Virus record (IMG/VR): IMGVR_UViG_3300032282_004873 | Location: 1 to 54,383 of that record | Origin: a virus | Lineage: Duplodnaviria; Caudoviricetes | Length of the DNA: 54,383 nt | Strand: one strand, 5' to 3' | Part shown: positions 27,540-38,100 of the stretch, piece by piece | Numbering within the stretch: the stretch's first letter is position 1 | Layout of the letters: the number at the start of each line of letters is the position of its first letter | The notes under the pieces: model-generated | Seen by the model: only the letters and a program-made list of their open reading frames with translations | Told to the model about the DNA's origin: nothing | Database searches by the model: none | Position numbers and translations under genes: made by a program

Positions 27540-28508
27540 ATGTCAAATTTAGATTTCAAATCTCAAAGAGTCAACTATAACCAAGAACCATCAAGCCGCT
27601 CAGAATACGATGATGGTACATTTGGTTTGGAATTTTTTGCTTTTAATGACACTAAAGATAAAGGTCAAAGCCTCGCCGCAGCAATTTATAACCAGTCTGG
27701 TTCCGGAATGGACACGTCCGGAATTGATGATGTTCGGCAAGGCGTAGAAATAAGAACGTTAAAGCACGTTTTCGGAAGCAATCAGCCAAAAATATGGTCA
27801 GGAAATATACATCATTTTACCCGTGTAACCACCTATGGACAATTTCGTTCATGGACTGAATACCAGAATGATATATCGTATTACGATAACGTTATTCCAT
27901 TTAATCCAATCTTATATATAAAGTCACAAAACAATGGGGTGGATACGTATCCTTACCCAATATATTTCAATGATGGACCACAACAAAGTGAAGAAGTTGG
28001 TGTTGAACCATTAACACATCCATTCAGATTAGCTAGCTCGGTTATTGAAGGCGCATTCCCGGCTCATAGACCAAAAGGAAATATTGAAGATGGCAATCCA
28101 ACTCAAGCAATTCCTCAATCAAACAACAGAATACTTCAGTTTATTGAATATGCAGCTCCACTAACTGCCGATCCATTTCTTGATGCAGGTCAACAATATA
28201 TTGGTGATGGACCTATTGAAGATGACATTATAATTGATGGTTATGTTCTATTTACACAACGTCTTGGAGATCCATTTGACGATACCGAAGATGAAGAAAT
28301 AGTAAAGCAATTAGAAATAAATGTAGCAACTAGCGGCAGCTTAGATTTCTTAATGGCACTTAAACAATTGCACGTTGAATTAGACGATGATATTAGAGAA
28401 ACTTATACTCAAAAATCAGCAACAGCAGGCTATACTGTATATGGACCAGAACAAACTCGTTATGGAACAGATAGTGTTGCTTTCGTCGGATGGTTGAGAG
28501 GTAGTTGA
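27540..28508 (+). CDS. hypothetical virion protein
   Basis: 322-aa acidic ORF in the structural block; no family recognised. Confidence 0.7.
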   Translation: MSNLDFKSQRVNYNQEPSSRSEYDDGTFGLEFFAFNDTKDKGQSLAAAIYNQSGSGMDTSGIDDVRQGVEIRTLKHVFGSNQPKIWSGNIHHFTRVTTYGQFRSWTEYQNDISYYDNVIPFNPILYIKSQNNGVDTYPYPIYFNDGPQQSEEVGVEPLTHPFRLASSVIEGAFPAHRPKGNIEDGNPTQAIPQSNNRILQFIEYAAPLTADPFLDAGQQYIGDGPIEDDIIIDGYVLFTQRLGDPFDDTEDEEIVKQLEINVATSGSLDFLMALKQLHVELDDDIRETYTQKSATAGYTVYGPEQTRYGTDSVAFVGWLRGS

Positions 28509-28509
28509 T

Positions 28510-30441
28510 ATGAGCAGACAAGAAAAAAGATCCAGAATAAGAATGTTGCCTCCTAGAGTTCAACTTCAACAAATGGATGCACTTACCGGTTCATACCCGA
28601 CTAATGTTAGATTTTCAATTGATGGGAGAACAGGCAACTATCCCATTGGTTTTAATGACATATATACAATCCCATTCCTATCTTCAAAAAAATATATACC
28701 AGCAGTAGGATTTACAGAAAATAATATTTGGTTAGCCAATAGCCAATCAAATGATCTTACTTCGAGCATTGTTACTACCGGTAGTGTCCGTTCTCAAATC
28801 ATTGAGGGATTACCATTTTTTCATTTTACTCCTGGGCAAGATTTGACACCGTTCCGAGACAACGAACAGCCGAGCGCAGATGGCAAATCAGAAAACAATT
28901 CTTTCTTTGCAACTGGAAGTGCCATATCAGAAGTTGGCGAAGGATTTAGCAGTCCACTTTGGAGTAAAGATAAAATAGAAATTGATTTGTCTGTCAATTC
29001 CCCACAAATATTGAATATTGATCTATTAAATGATGAAAATTCTCAACAAATGTCTTATTTCAACTTTGCAAATAAAACATGGGAGGCTTTGAGCGACATA
29101 TCTTTAACTGATTCAAATATTCGTAGTGGTTCATTATCAAATTTACAAGGCAAAAATATAACAATCGGTTTTGCTCCGTCTTTAGGTGTACCAAGAGTTT
29201 ATGTTCCGGCAGCCATGGGAGATTTTGTACACGGCTATTATTTCATGAAAACCGCAGGTACTCAGATAAGCAACTTTGGTTTTCCTCTCAATTCAAGATA
29301 TTATGCAACTAGTTCTCAGCAATATAGCATTTCAAACAATATTCAGCATCCGTTTTTATTAGAGAAAGTTGTTTTGATTATTAGTATGAGTTCCGTTTCT
29401 ACTCCAATTTACACAAATGCAATTAATGACGGTTTTGTTGCTGCGCCTTTAGCAAACGGACCATATACGGCGGCGGGCTATTCAGAAAAAACAATAATAC
29501 CGTTTATGACCAATAACTTTTTCATATTGCATCAACGTGAAAATGCAGGTAACTTAAGAATGTTTTCTGATTTGGCTGACACAACTGGAACGAGCATTAT
29601 TCCAAATAACGGTATAACTTCCGAAAGAAATTTAATAACAAATTTAAGAATTACTTCTGTAAATAAGCCAGGAAATTTGGATTGGAATACTGGCGGCGTT
29701 CCTTTGGATGGAGGATATGAACCAACAATTGGTGGCGGTGCGGAAGTAGATTTGCAAACGTATCTTTCAGAACACAACTATGTACATATTGATCCATCTG
29801 GTGGGTCTTGTGAGATCAACCCAGCTCAACAGTTGGTTGTTAGTGGCGCCGTGAAGCTTTCAAAGTTATTAAGAAACTCATATGTAATTGAGGGAGTTTC
29901 ACGATCATTTCCTGGAATTTCTGTAATGTCTCAAAGTCCAACAGACGTTAACAAAGTCCGGACGTTATCAAGCGGATTAACAGTAAGTGTAGGAAATCCG
30001 GTGAGTATTGGGTTTAAAAGCAACGTTGAAGCAGGCGGCAGGAATGGACTTGGATTCAATAGAATTTCCAACAGAGATTTTATATCCCCTGCAAGCGTTG
30101 ACACGGCAGAAAATATTAGATTTGCTCCTAATGGAACCGGAACAACTGATGGACAATCAGTTACTTTAAATAATTACGTTGGCTACTTGTCCGATACCGA
30201 ACAAGTCAATCCATATATAATAATGCCAGGGGATAAATTGGTTTTTGGTTGGCAATTACCAGCGCCTTTTGGAAACATTCATAATCAATCTGGCGGGTAT
30301 TTGGATTTGGCAGTAAAAACAACAATATGTCCTGGTATGAAAGTTATCCTTTATGGGAGTTACATAAGAGCAGGTCGTGAACATAATGACGGAACAAATC
30401 AACTTCTATCTTCTGATAGCGTACATGAGGTAATAGAATAA
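28510..30441 (+). CDS. hypothetical virion protein
   Basis: 643-aa S/G/N-rich ORF, 1-nt spacers to both neighbours. Confidence 0.75.
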   Translation: MSRQEKRSRIRMLPPRVQLQQMDALTGSYPTNVRFSIDGRTGNYPIGFNDIYTIPFLSSKKYIPAVGFTENNIWLANSQSNDLTSSIVTTGSVRSQIIEGLPFFHFTPGQDLTPFRDNEQPSADGKSENNSFFATGSAISEVGEGFSSPLWSKDKIEIDLSVNSPQILNIDLLNDENSQQMSYFNFANKTWEALSDISLTDSNIRSGSLSNLQGKNITIGFAPSLGVPRVYVPAAMGDFVHGYYFMKTAGTQISNFGFPLNSRYYATSSQQYSISNNIQHPFLLEKVVLIISMSSVSTPIYTNAINDGFVAAPLANGPYTAAGYSEKTIIPFMTNNFFILHQRENAGNLRMFSDLADTTGTSIIPNNGITSERNLITNLRITSVNKPGNLDWNTGGVPLDGGYEPTIGGGAEVDLQTYLSEHNYVHIDPSGGSCEINPAQQLVVSGAVKLSKLLRNSYVIEGVSRSFPGISVMSQSPTDVNKVRTLSSGLTVSVGNPVSIGFKSNVEAGGRNGLGFNRISNRDFISPASVDTAENIRFAPNGTGTTDGQSVTLNNYVGYLSDTEQVNPYIIMPGDKLVFGWQLPAPFGNIHNQSGGYLDLAVKTTICPGMKVILYGSYIRAGREHNDGTNQLLSSDSVHEVIE

Positions 30442-30442
30442 T

Positions 30443-31729
30443 ATGCCAATTTTTGATCAATATGAAGTTGAACCAGCATCAGCATATAGCGGAAGTTATG
30501 CTGCAAATTATGTCGTTTATATAACTAGCTCAATAGGTTCAGACGGACAATTAATCAATCAAAAGTTTTCAACTAATAAGAGAGTTGTTGCTATTGACAA
30601 AGTCTCCGGAATTAAAGATTACTTTGATAACGTTATCTGGAACTATGAAACATATCTCAATATATTCTTTAACAAAGGACAGCCAGGCAGAATAAATCGT
30701 AATTTGAATTGTTATTCAAGTGAAACGTTTTTAGATTCAATCGCCCCAGATCCTACGGCTATTCATGAAATTAATGGGGGAAAAGTATCTGGATATTTAG
30801 GTCAGCCTTTGTTATTATTGACATATGGAGAAAATCTTACTTCTTCTACAGACGGACAAACAGTTACTGATAATTTATGGTATCAAAATTATCCTTTTCA
30901 GTCCACTTATAAGAATGTAAAAAAGCTTTTTACTCCAACGAAATATGCGAGCAATATAAGTTACGCATTGTCTACTCATTGGGGGCCTACAATACCAAAG
31001 ACAGATGCGGAATGGAGAGCTAGTACAACAGCTCCTGTAAAATTAAATTCGGACAACTTCTTGATTGGATGGCTTGCCACTAGTGCTTCCTATCCATATT
31101 CACATTTCACAGACACGACAACTGTTTTATCTGAGAGCAGAATAACAAACAACAATTTATTAATTCATTTGGGAGGCAGAAGAAGAGTTAGTCCAGCGAT
31201 AACGTTCCCAGGTTCAATAAGTCAATATGTTTATGATAACGACATATTAGATGATTATTTTGGATTTGGCAATGTTACGTCATATAAAAATGTTGGATTT
31301 GATTTGAAATATGAATATGGTGCCACAAGCAGTCCTATCGTTACTGGCTCCAATAATTCCTCATGTTTAAACTTTGTATATTCAAATACGGTAAGAGGCT
31401 TTAAATACGGACTATATTCCGCAAATCAAGTTAACACCAAATGTACTTTTAGACTCGGCAGATACGGACAAAATAGAGATATGTTAGAGGGTCGCACGAC
31501 CGTAGCTAGTCTTATAAAATCTCAAATTAATCCTTATACGAATGAACAAATGCCTAGAACGCTATTTTATCCTTTGCAGATCTCATTTGTGTCAGGTACA
31601 ACAATATATAATCAATCTAAAGATTATGTAACTGCAACAAATCCAAGCTACAATCCATATGATAGTGGTATTTATGACATATACTATCGTAGTGGAAAAC
31701 CATTCTTTGATAGAGATAACGAGGATTAA
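30443..31729 (+). CDS. hypothetical virion protein
   Basis: 428-aa Y/S/T/N-rich ORF in the structural block. Confidence 0.75.
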   Translation: MPIFDQYEVEPASAYSGSYAANYVVYITSSIGSDGQLINQKFSTNKRVVAIDKVSGIKDYFDNVIWNYETYLNIFFNKGQPGRINRNLNCYSSETFLDSIAPDPTAIHEINGGKVSGYLGQPLLLLTYGENLTSSTDGQTVTDNLWYQNYPFQSTYKNVKKLFTPTKYASNISYALSTHWGPTIPKTDAEWRASTTAPVKLNSDNFLIGWLATSASYPYSHFTDTTTVLSESRITNNNLLIHLGGRRRVSPAITFPGSISQYVYDNDILDDYFGFGNVTSYKNVGFDLKYEYGATSSPIVTGSNNSSCLNFVYSNTVRGFKYGLYSANQVNTKCTFRLGRYGQNRDMLEGRTTVASLIKSQINPYTNEQMPRTLFYPLQISFVSGTTIYNQSKDYVTATNPSYNPYDSGIYDIYYRSGKPFFDRDNED

Positions 31730-31732
31730 TCT

Positions 31733-32692
31733 ATGGCTGGTTTGTTAGATCAAAAAACACGTATACTCGATACATTAATAACAAATCAAGGCAGAAGCCA
31801 AGCAGCTTCCGGCAAGATGAAAATAGAATACGTATCATTTAGCGATGCGGGCGCCATATATGCCCTAGATACACTAGTGTCTGGTGGCTTAGACTTTACT
31901 TCACGTATAACGTTTGAAGCCGGTAATCTGCCACAGGACCAGATTGTATATGAAGTAGATGATTCTGGCAAGCTACTAGGAAACTTTATAAGCGGTGAAA
32001 CAAACTATACGGTAACTGCTGGTCAAATATATTTAAGTGGTTCTGATGGAATCAACAATACGATAGCTACCGGCTCCCAATTCAGTTCCTTGTCTGATAT
32101 ATTAACAAGAGCTTCATTAGATAACTTTAAAAGATTATCTATATTGTCTAGCCCAGACCCTATATTTGAAAACTATAATGAATTCAACGTATATCCGCAG
32201 AGTGTATCTTACGATTTAACTCCCACAAAACCAATACCGAAAAACTCAATACAGAATATTAATATTGACAAAGTTGAAAGCCTGTTTTACGACAAGAGAC
32301 TTTCTCATATTCCAAACTTTAAATTTTTACCGCCAATCAATAAGCCGTTACCAGGACGTGTTAATGCAACCCCAATTGGCGATTACACCAATGTCAATCA
32401 AAAGCCAATATTGCAATATTCAGATTTGGCTGTTGAATTAGATGAATTAGAAAAAAATGGCTATAAGAAAGATGTTCAATTTATTGAAACAAGCAGAGAC
32501 AACAATCTCCTATGTCAATTTTTTGAAATGTACGATAACCAAGTTGTAAAGTTAGATGTTATAGATTTTGGCACATTTCCTGCCGATGAAAATGGTAAAG
32601 TCAAGCACGTATTTTTCGTAGGGAAAGTATTTACTGATGGGTACAATGTAAGCACATATGTAAATCTATTTGTTTTAGTGTTTGAACAATGA
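31733..32692 (+). CDS. virion protein with tail-collar-like N-terminus (paralogue of 41312..42010)
   Basis: MAGLLD..TRILDTLITNQGR..AASG..KI..VSFSD aligns with MGFL..D...IILDAVLTDTGRRFLA....F...KFALGD; both have a downstream FEA. Confidence 0.6.
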   Translation: MAGLLDQKTRILDTLITNQGRSQAASGKMKIEYVSFSDAGAIYALDTLVSGGLDFTSRITFEAGNLPQDQIVYEVDDSGKLLGNFISGETNYTVTAGQIYLSGSDGINNTIATGSQFSSLSDILTRASLDNFKRLSILSSPDPIFENYNEFNVYPQSVSYDLTPTKPIPKNSIQNINIDKVESLFYDKRLSHIPNFKFLPPINKPLPGRVNATPIGDYTNVNQKPILQYSDLAVELDELEKNGYKKDVQFIETSRDNNLLCQFFEMYDNQVVKLDVIDFGTFPADENGKVKHVFFVGKVFTDGYNVSTYVNLFVLVFEQ

Positions 32693-32711
32693 TATGAGTT
32701 GAGTAACCGAA

Positions 32712-35195
32712 ATGACAATATTCAATATTAAACTAAATCAACCATCAAAAATAATATCATTGCCTAATGTCTATGCGACGTTAGAAGATATTGTTGGCGG
32801 ATTTTACAAATATAGAATCACATATGTAGTAGATCCTGTAGCTGTCGTTAGAGAAAAAGCTTACATAGTAAACATACACGTCTCAGATCAGCTTAATAAC
32901 GACACAAACAACCCCAACTTAGTAAAAAATAATAATCCAAAAGATATTATTCTCAATTTGAGAAAAATGGGTGGACTTTATAAAAGTGCTGGATTGGTAA
33001 CTCCCAAATATTTGGTGAGTATTAAAAGCGATATTACTTCAAGATTGCCAAACAATCAATTGCCGACATTAAACACGACGAATGTTCTCGTAAATAAAAC
33101 GCCTTTAAAAACGATTACACAACTGTCAACAAAGTCTGTTTCAACGTTAAATGAACAAAGCCAAACCAATCCTGTAATGACTGTAAGTCTCAATAAGCCA
33201 AAGTCAGTAGACAATGGCTTAACAAATCAAACAGTTGTTAACAATAAAGTTAAAAGACAAATGACAGATTTGTTGTTTGAAGGCAGAATTGATCCAGCTA
33301 GTTTAACAACTGGAAAAACAAATAGTATATCTCATTCAAGTAAAACATATTCTGGAACCATTCCAAGTGCTCCATACACACAAAAATCTGCCATTAAAAA
33401 TGACATCAGGGCAATGAACATTGTTGCCTCTCAGCTAAACTCTGCTACAAAGCAAAAAATATATTCTCAGTCACAACTTTCGCCTCAAGCTACGATGACA
33501 ATCGTAGAAAAAATTCCAGTCAATCTGCTTACAATAAGCGAAATCGTCAATATTCCAATTGGCTCTTTAGGCAAAAGAGATTTCAATATAATATTTGAGC
33601 TTAATAATGGAGAAGGTCAACTAATACAGACCGAAAAGAGATTTGTCGCTCACGGTTCAAACATATCAAATATCATCCCGACAAAAGAGCCAACAGTCAA
33701 ATCCGTCCCTATCAACGTCCCCGGTCGTGCTTTGTTTGAGATTACTCAGGAAGACTCAAACTCTAAGGGAATTTACATATATAGAAGAGAAATAAATCCA
33801 AACAATCAGTTGTCAAAATCCAGTTATAAGTTAATTGGAAAGGTACCTTTGCTTAAAGGTGCAAAGGCTTTTTATGAAGATAAGATCAAAACAATCAATA
33901 ATGCAATATATCGTTTTGTTCCTTATGTCACAGATGAAATGCCTGGCTCTATATTCACATCAGCAGCAGTACGATTCTATAGAAGCGGAATAATAAAGAA
34001 AGAGAAATATTATCGTCGTCAAAACTCAGGTGTACTTTTCTACAATATATTGGATACGTATATTGAAATTTTACTTTCTCAATATTCAATAAACGCAATA
34101 GAAGCCAAGATATACAGAAGAAACGTTACCAATCATCAGAAAGAATATGATTTGGTTGGGATATCTACGTTACGCAACAACTCTGATACGCCAATTTCTT
34201 TCAAAGATTACAATGTAAAAAACAATTATATGTATGAGTACAAGGCTGTACTGATATATCCGGATGGAAGCAAACAAACAGCGCCAAATACAATTGTTGT
34301 TCGTTACAGCCCGATTCAACAAAACATTGCAGTTACTAAAATTAGCAACCTTAACATAACAACCTATGAAGGCTTGCAAGATGTTACGTTTAATATTGAA
34401 TACAGCCTTTCAGAAAAAGATTTTGAGCTAATCAAGAAGCTGTTTAAAGAACAAAATCTTGTATCTGAGTATCAAAGAAACATAATAGAAAACAAAGACA
34501 AGCTGAAAACGCTATTGGCTTATAAAATTGTTAGATTCAATCTGACAACTGGAGACATAGAAGACTTTGGCGTCATAACTTCTACAAGTTTTAGCGACAG
34601 ACAATTTGGTCTTTCACGTAGCGTTAAAAATCTAGATTCGGCTTCTGAATACGTGTATAAAGTCATAACGTATATACGTAGTCCTGAAACCTTAATGCCT
34701 AAACTAACAAGAACAGTTGCTACAACTGTTGAAGGCAAACTAGCAAACTATACTCTTAACCCTTATAAGTGGTTACAGCCAGTAACGTTAACAGAAGGCA
34801 ATATTGTTACCGATAGAACATTATTAACAAATCACGCAAAGCAACCATTAATACAGGGAAATGTTGTTGACGTTCAAAATATTCCAATTAATTTGTCAAA
34901 AATATTGCCTGTTTTATCTAATGCGAATGCTACACAGGTTCAAGAACGTTCTATACTTATTGAATGGAAAGTTGATGGAGACTTGGAAAAAATAGATCAT
35001 TTCGTAATAAAACTAGAAATGACGAACTTAACAACAATCGTAGGAACAGTACATAACATATCAAGTAATAACACTTTCAAATTCCTTGATTTACTTACTG
35101 ATGGTGAAAGTGGTTCATTAAGTTATAATATAGTTCCGATGTATTATGATTACACACAAGGCGCTCCTATAAAGACAAATACGATAGTTATATAA
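32712..35195 (+). CDS. large virion protein with FN3/Ig-like repeats
   Basis: Repeated IYRR...Y.L.G....F.D.......Y.Y.V patterns typical of FN3-like beta-sandwiches. Confidence 0.6.
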   Translation: MTIFNIKLNQPSKIISLPNVYATLEDIVGGFYKYRITYVVDPVAVVREKAYIVNIHVSDQLNNDTNNPNLVKNNNPKDIILNLRKMGGLYKSAGLVTPKYLVSIKSDITSRLPNNQLPTLNTTNVLVNKTPLKTITQLSTKSVSTLNEQSQTNPVMTVSLNKPKSVDNGLTNQTVVNNKVKRQMTDLLFEGRIDPASLTTGKTNSISHSSKTYSGTIPSAPYTQKSAIKNDIRAMNIVASQLNSATKQKIYSQSQLSPQATMTIVEKIPVNLLTISEIVNIPIGSLGKRDFNIIFELNNGEGQLIQTEKRFVAHGSNISNIIPTKEPTVKSVPINVPGRALFEITQEDSNSKGIYIYRREINPNNQLSKSSYKLIGKVPLLKGAKAFYEDKIKTINNAIYRFVPYVTDEMPGSIFTSAAVRFYRSGIIKKEKYYRRQNSGVLFYNILDTYIEILLSQYSINAIEAKIYRRNVTNHQKEYDLVGISTLRNNSDTPISFKDYNVKNNYMYEYKAVLIYPDGSKQTAPNTIVVRYSPIQQNIAVTKISNLNITTYEGLQDVTFNIEYSLSEKDFELIKKLFKEQNLVSEYQRNIIENKDKLKTLLAYKIVRFNLTTGDIEDFGVITSTSFSDRQFGLSRSVKNLDSASEYVYKVITYIRSPETLMPKLTRTVATTVEGKLANYTLNPYKWLQPVTLTEGNIVTDRTLLTNHAKQPLIQGNVVDVQNIPINLSKILPVLSNANATQVQERSILIEWKVDGDLEKIDHFVIKLEMTNLTTIVGTVHNISSNNTFKFLDLLTDGESGSLSYNIVPMYYDYTQGAPIKTNTIVI

Positions 35196-35196
35196 C

Positions 35197-38100
35197 ATGG
35201 CAAAAATAAAGAGCACAACAGGAACATCAGTATTTGGATTAAGTGTTAGAGGTTCTACTTCTAAATCAGGTGGAATTACCACCCAATCAACGCCGAGCTC
35301 TGGAACACCAGGATTTAGTGGCGGTCCATCTACGTATATCACGACAAAAACGGCAGCATTGTCATCAAACGTTGCAGGTACTACAGGACTAGGAACAACT
35401 CTTTTAAACACCGTCCTACGCTCTACAACGCTGCCTCTTAAATTGCCTGCCATGGCTTTTAAAAGACTTTCAGATTCGGTCTATAAGAACCTAGATTTTG
35501 TCTACAAGGGAGACTTGGTTAACTACGCTAAAACAACGATACAAAATTCTGAGTTTAGACCAGTATCAGATTCCGGTGTTCATGAGTTTCGTCCGGAAAT
35601 ATTATCAGTTTTGGATTTTCAACCTATATGGCAACCGGGTGCGGTTACATTACAACAAGATGTTGTTATAAGAAGAAATTCGGACGTTGGCGATATGATC
35701 AACTTCCAATTCCAAACGAAGCAGCTTAGACAAGAAACATTATTGGGGCTTATTAAAAACATTAAAGATGCGGCATCTAATGGCAAAGATCCATTTGTTG
35801 ATATTAGAAATGAATATTTGTCTCAAATGCGTAACGTACAACAGACCTTGAATTATGTTGATAGCGTTATTGACAATATTAACTTGATTAAAAACTCTCT
35901 TGAAATCAAGAAGATTCCCGCAGAATCATATCAAGTGTTAGAAAACAGCGTAAACACAAAGATATCTCCAATAAGCGACTATTTCGCTTCAAGAATGCAA
36001 TATAGAAAAGAACAATACGATGCATTTTCTGAAACAAAACTAATGCTTCAATTTTTCTTTGATCTTCAGAATATGCTCGAGAATTATTCGGCAGGGTTGC
36101 TATCGTTAATAGATAATGATAGAAAATTTGATTACAGCCCGACCGTTTTGGATAAGACCTATACGTTACAGAATGCATTTACTTTTAGCATTAAAAACTT
36201 CAGTTCTACAACTGGACCAATAAATGCAAACTCAAAAGACTTCTTCAACAAGTTTATAAATTCTTTACCGGCGGAACCTGATCAAAGAATAATATTATTA
36301 ACCTACTTGTTAGCCAAAGAATATTTGATCTCAAACGGCTTGGGTGACTCAACAAATCTTAATCTTTTAAGTAGCGTTGGAGTTAATCCAGACAATGCAT
36401 CAAGTATATTTTCAAGCATTATTGGAGACGTTGGAAATACAATATTTGAACTACCAAAATCTCCAACAAACAACTCATTAGCATCCTTAATGTTTATTGA
36501 TTCTGGGGATCCTAATGCCAAAGTATTAGCTTTTGAAAACAAATATATTGATTCAGATGATCAAAAGACTTTGTACGTACCGGGGTCTTCATATTTTACA
36601 GATTCAATCATTACTTCAAACGGCAAAGCATGGAATACAAAACCATATACAGACTATGCAAACCGTTTCAATTCTGTTGTTTTAAACAATAGAACATTGC
36701 TTGAGAATCTGCTGAAGTTTAATGTATACGATAGAAGCGGAAACACAGAAGGTAGCTCAGGCGGTACAACAAAAACACAGCCATCAAATATAACTCCAGC
36801 TCAACTGAATCAAAAGTTTATAAAAACCATCTATTCCTCATTTGATAAATTGACTTCAGATGAAGAAAGTATATTGGCAACTATAGGTAGCTTATCAACA
36901 AACTACGCAGAGAAAATAGTATTAGAACAACAACAAAGAAGTGTAAGAGATGCTTTGGAGAGCGAGACTGATCCTGTACGATCAGCGGCACTCAACAGAA
37001 TCAATACTCGCATCAATAATAGATTGTCCGATATTAATGTCCCAGAAATAAGTAACGACGTTCAAGTATCTACCGATCAAGCACTATTAATGGCTATATT
37101 CAATTTGGCTTCTTCTGGATATCCAGAACTCAAACTTCATTTGTTTCAATTGTGTATATTGGCAGGGCTAGCTAGAAATAAAGATTTGAATGCTACAAAT
37201 ATATTTACATTGCTAGCCAACACCGAAATAAAGAACTCAAAAGATATATCAGAGTTGTTGACTCTTTCAAATATTCCAACAGCCAATGGAGATTTGTTAT
37301 CTACGATAATATCATCATACACAAGAAACGTTTCTCGTGAGATCACCACTATTCTTAACAATATATTGACAGATAGTGGACGAAGACCTCCGGGCTCAAA
37401 AGAGTTGCAGTTCTACGTTGAAACTGGAGATATATCAAATGTATTGACTAGATGTGCTATAGGGCAAGGACCATCTGGGAATACTAATATGATTTCTTAT
37501 TTCTGCAATCTAGCAGAAACGATATTTGATTCTGCAAAGATTAATGGCATCAATGTACATCTATTAAATGACGGCACAAATAGAACACGATATAATCGTT
37601 TGAGTCTTACCACTCAGTTGCTTTTTATATTTGAGATACTATCTCAATATGCTTTGAAGTATTCATCAGTTCGCTTTGGCAGTATACGTCGTATTGAACT
37701 ACCTGCTGGAATAGTAGAGCCGGTGGCGGGCGCCGAATCTATTGGAGCTGCTACCGGTATTATTTCTATCAATCTTAATGTCAACACAAATAATTTGATC
37801 CAAGAGGCATTTGAAAATATTATTAATCCAATACCGGACTCAGATAAACCAAGCCAAAGAGAACAGAACGAATATTATTCTTCTTTAGAGAACAATCAGC
37901 TAAGAATAATAAATGAGAGCAACGGCGTCAGAGATGCAATTGGCATTTTAAGAATAATCAATGACAATTTGCAAAACGCTTCTTCAAAGATACAGAACTT
38001 CTTTAATCAAACAGATTTGCAGGTATTCTTAGCTAATAGCCCAGTAAGCAACTTGAATCTATTGCAAAACTTTTCTCAGTTGCGTCTTTCAAGTTATCTT

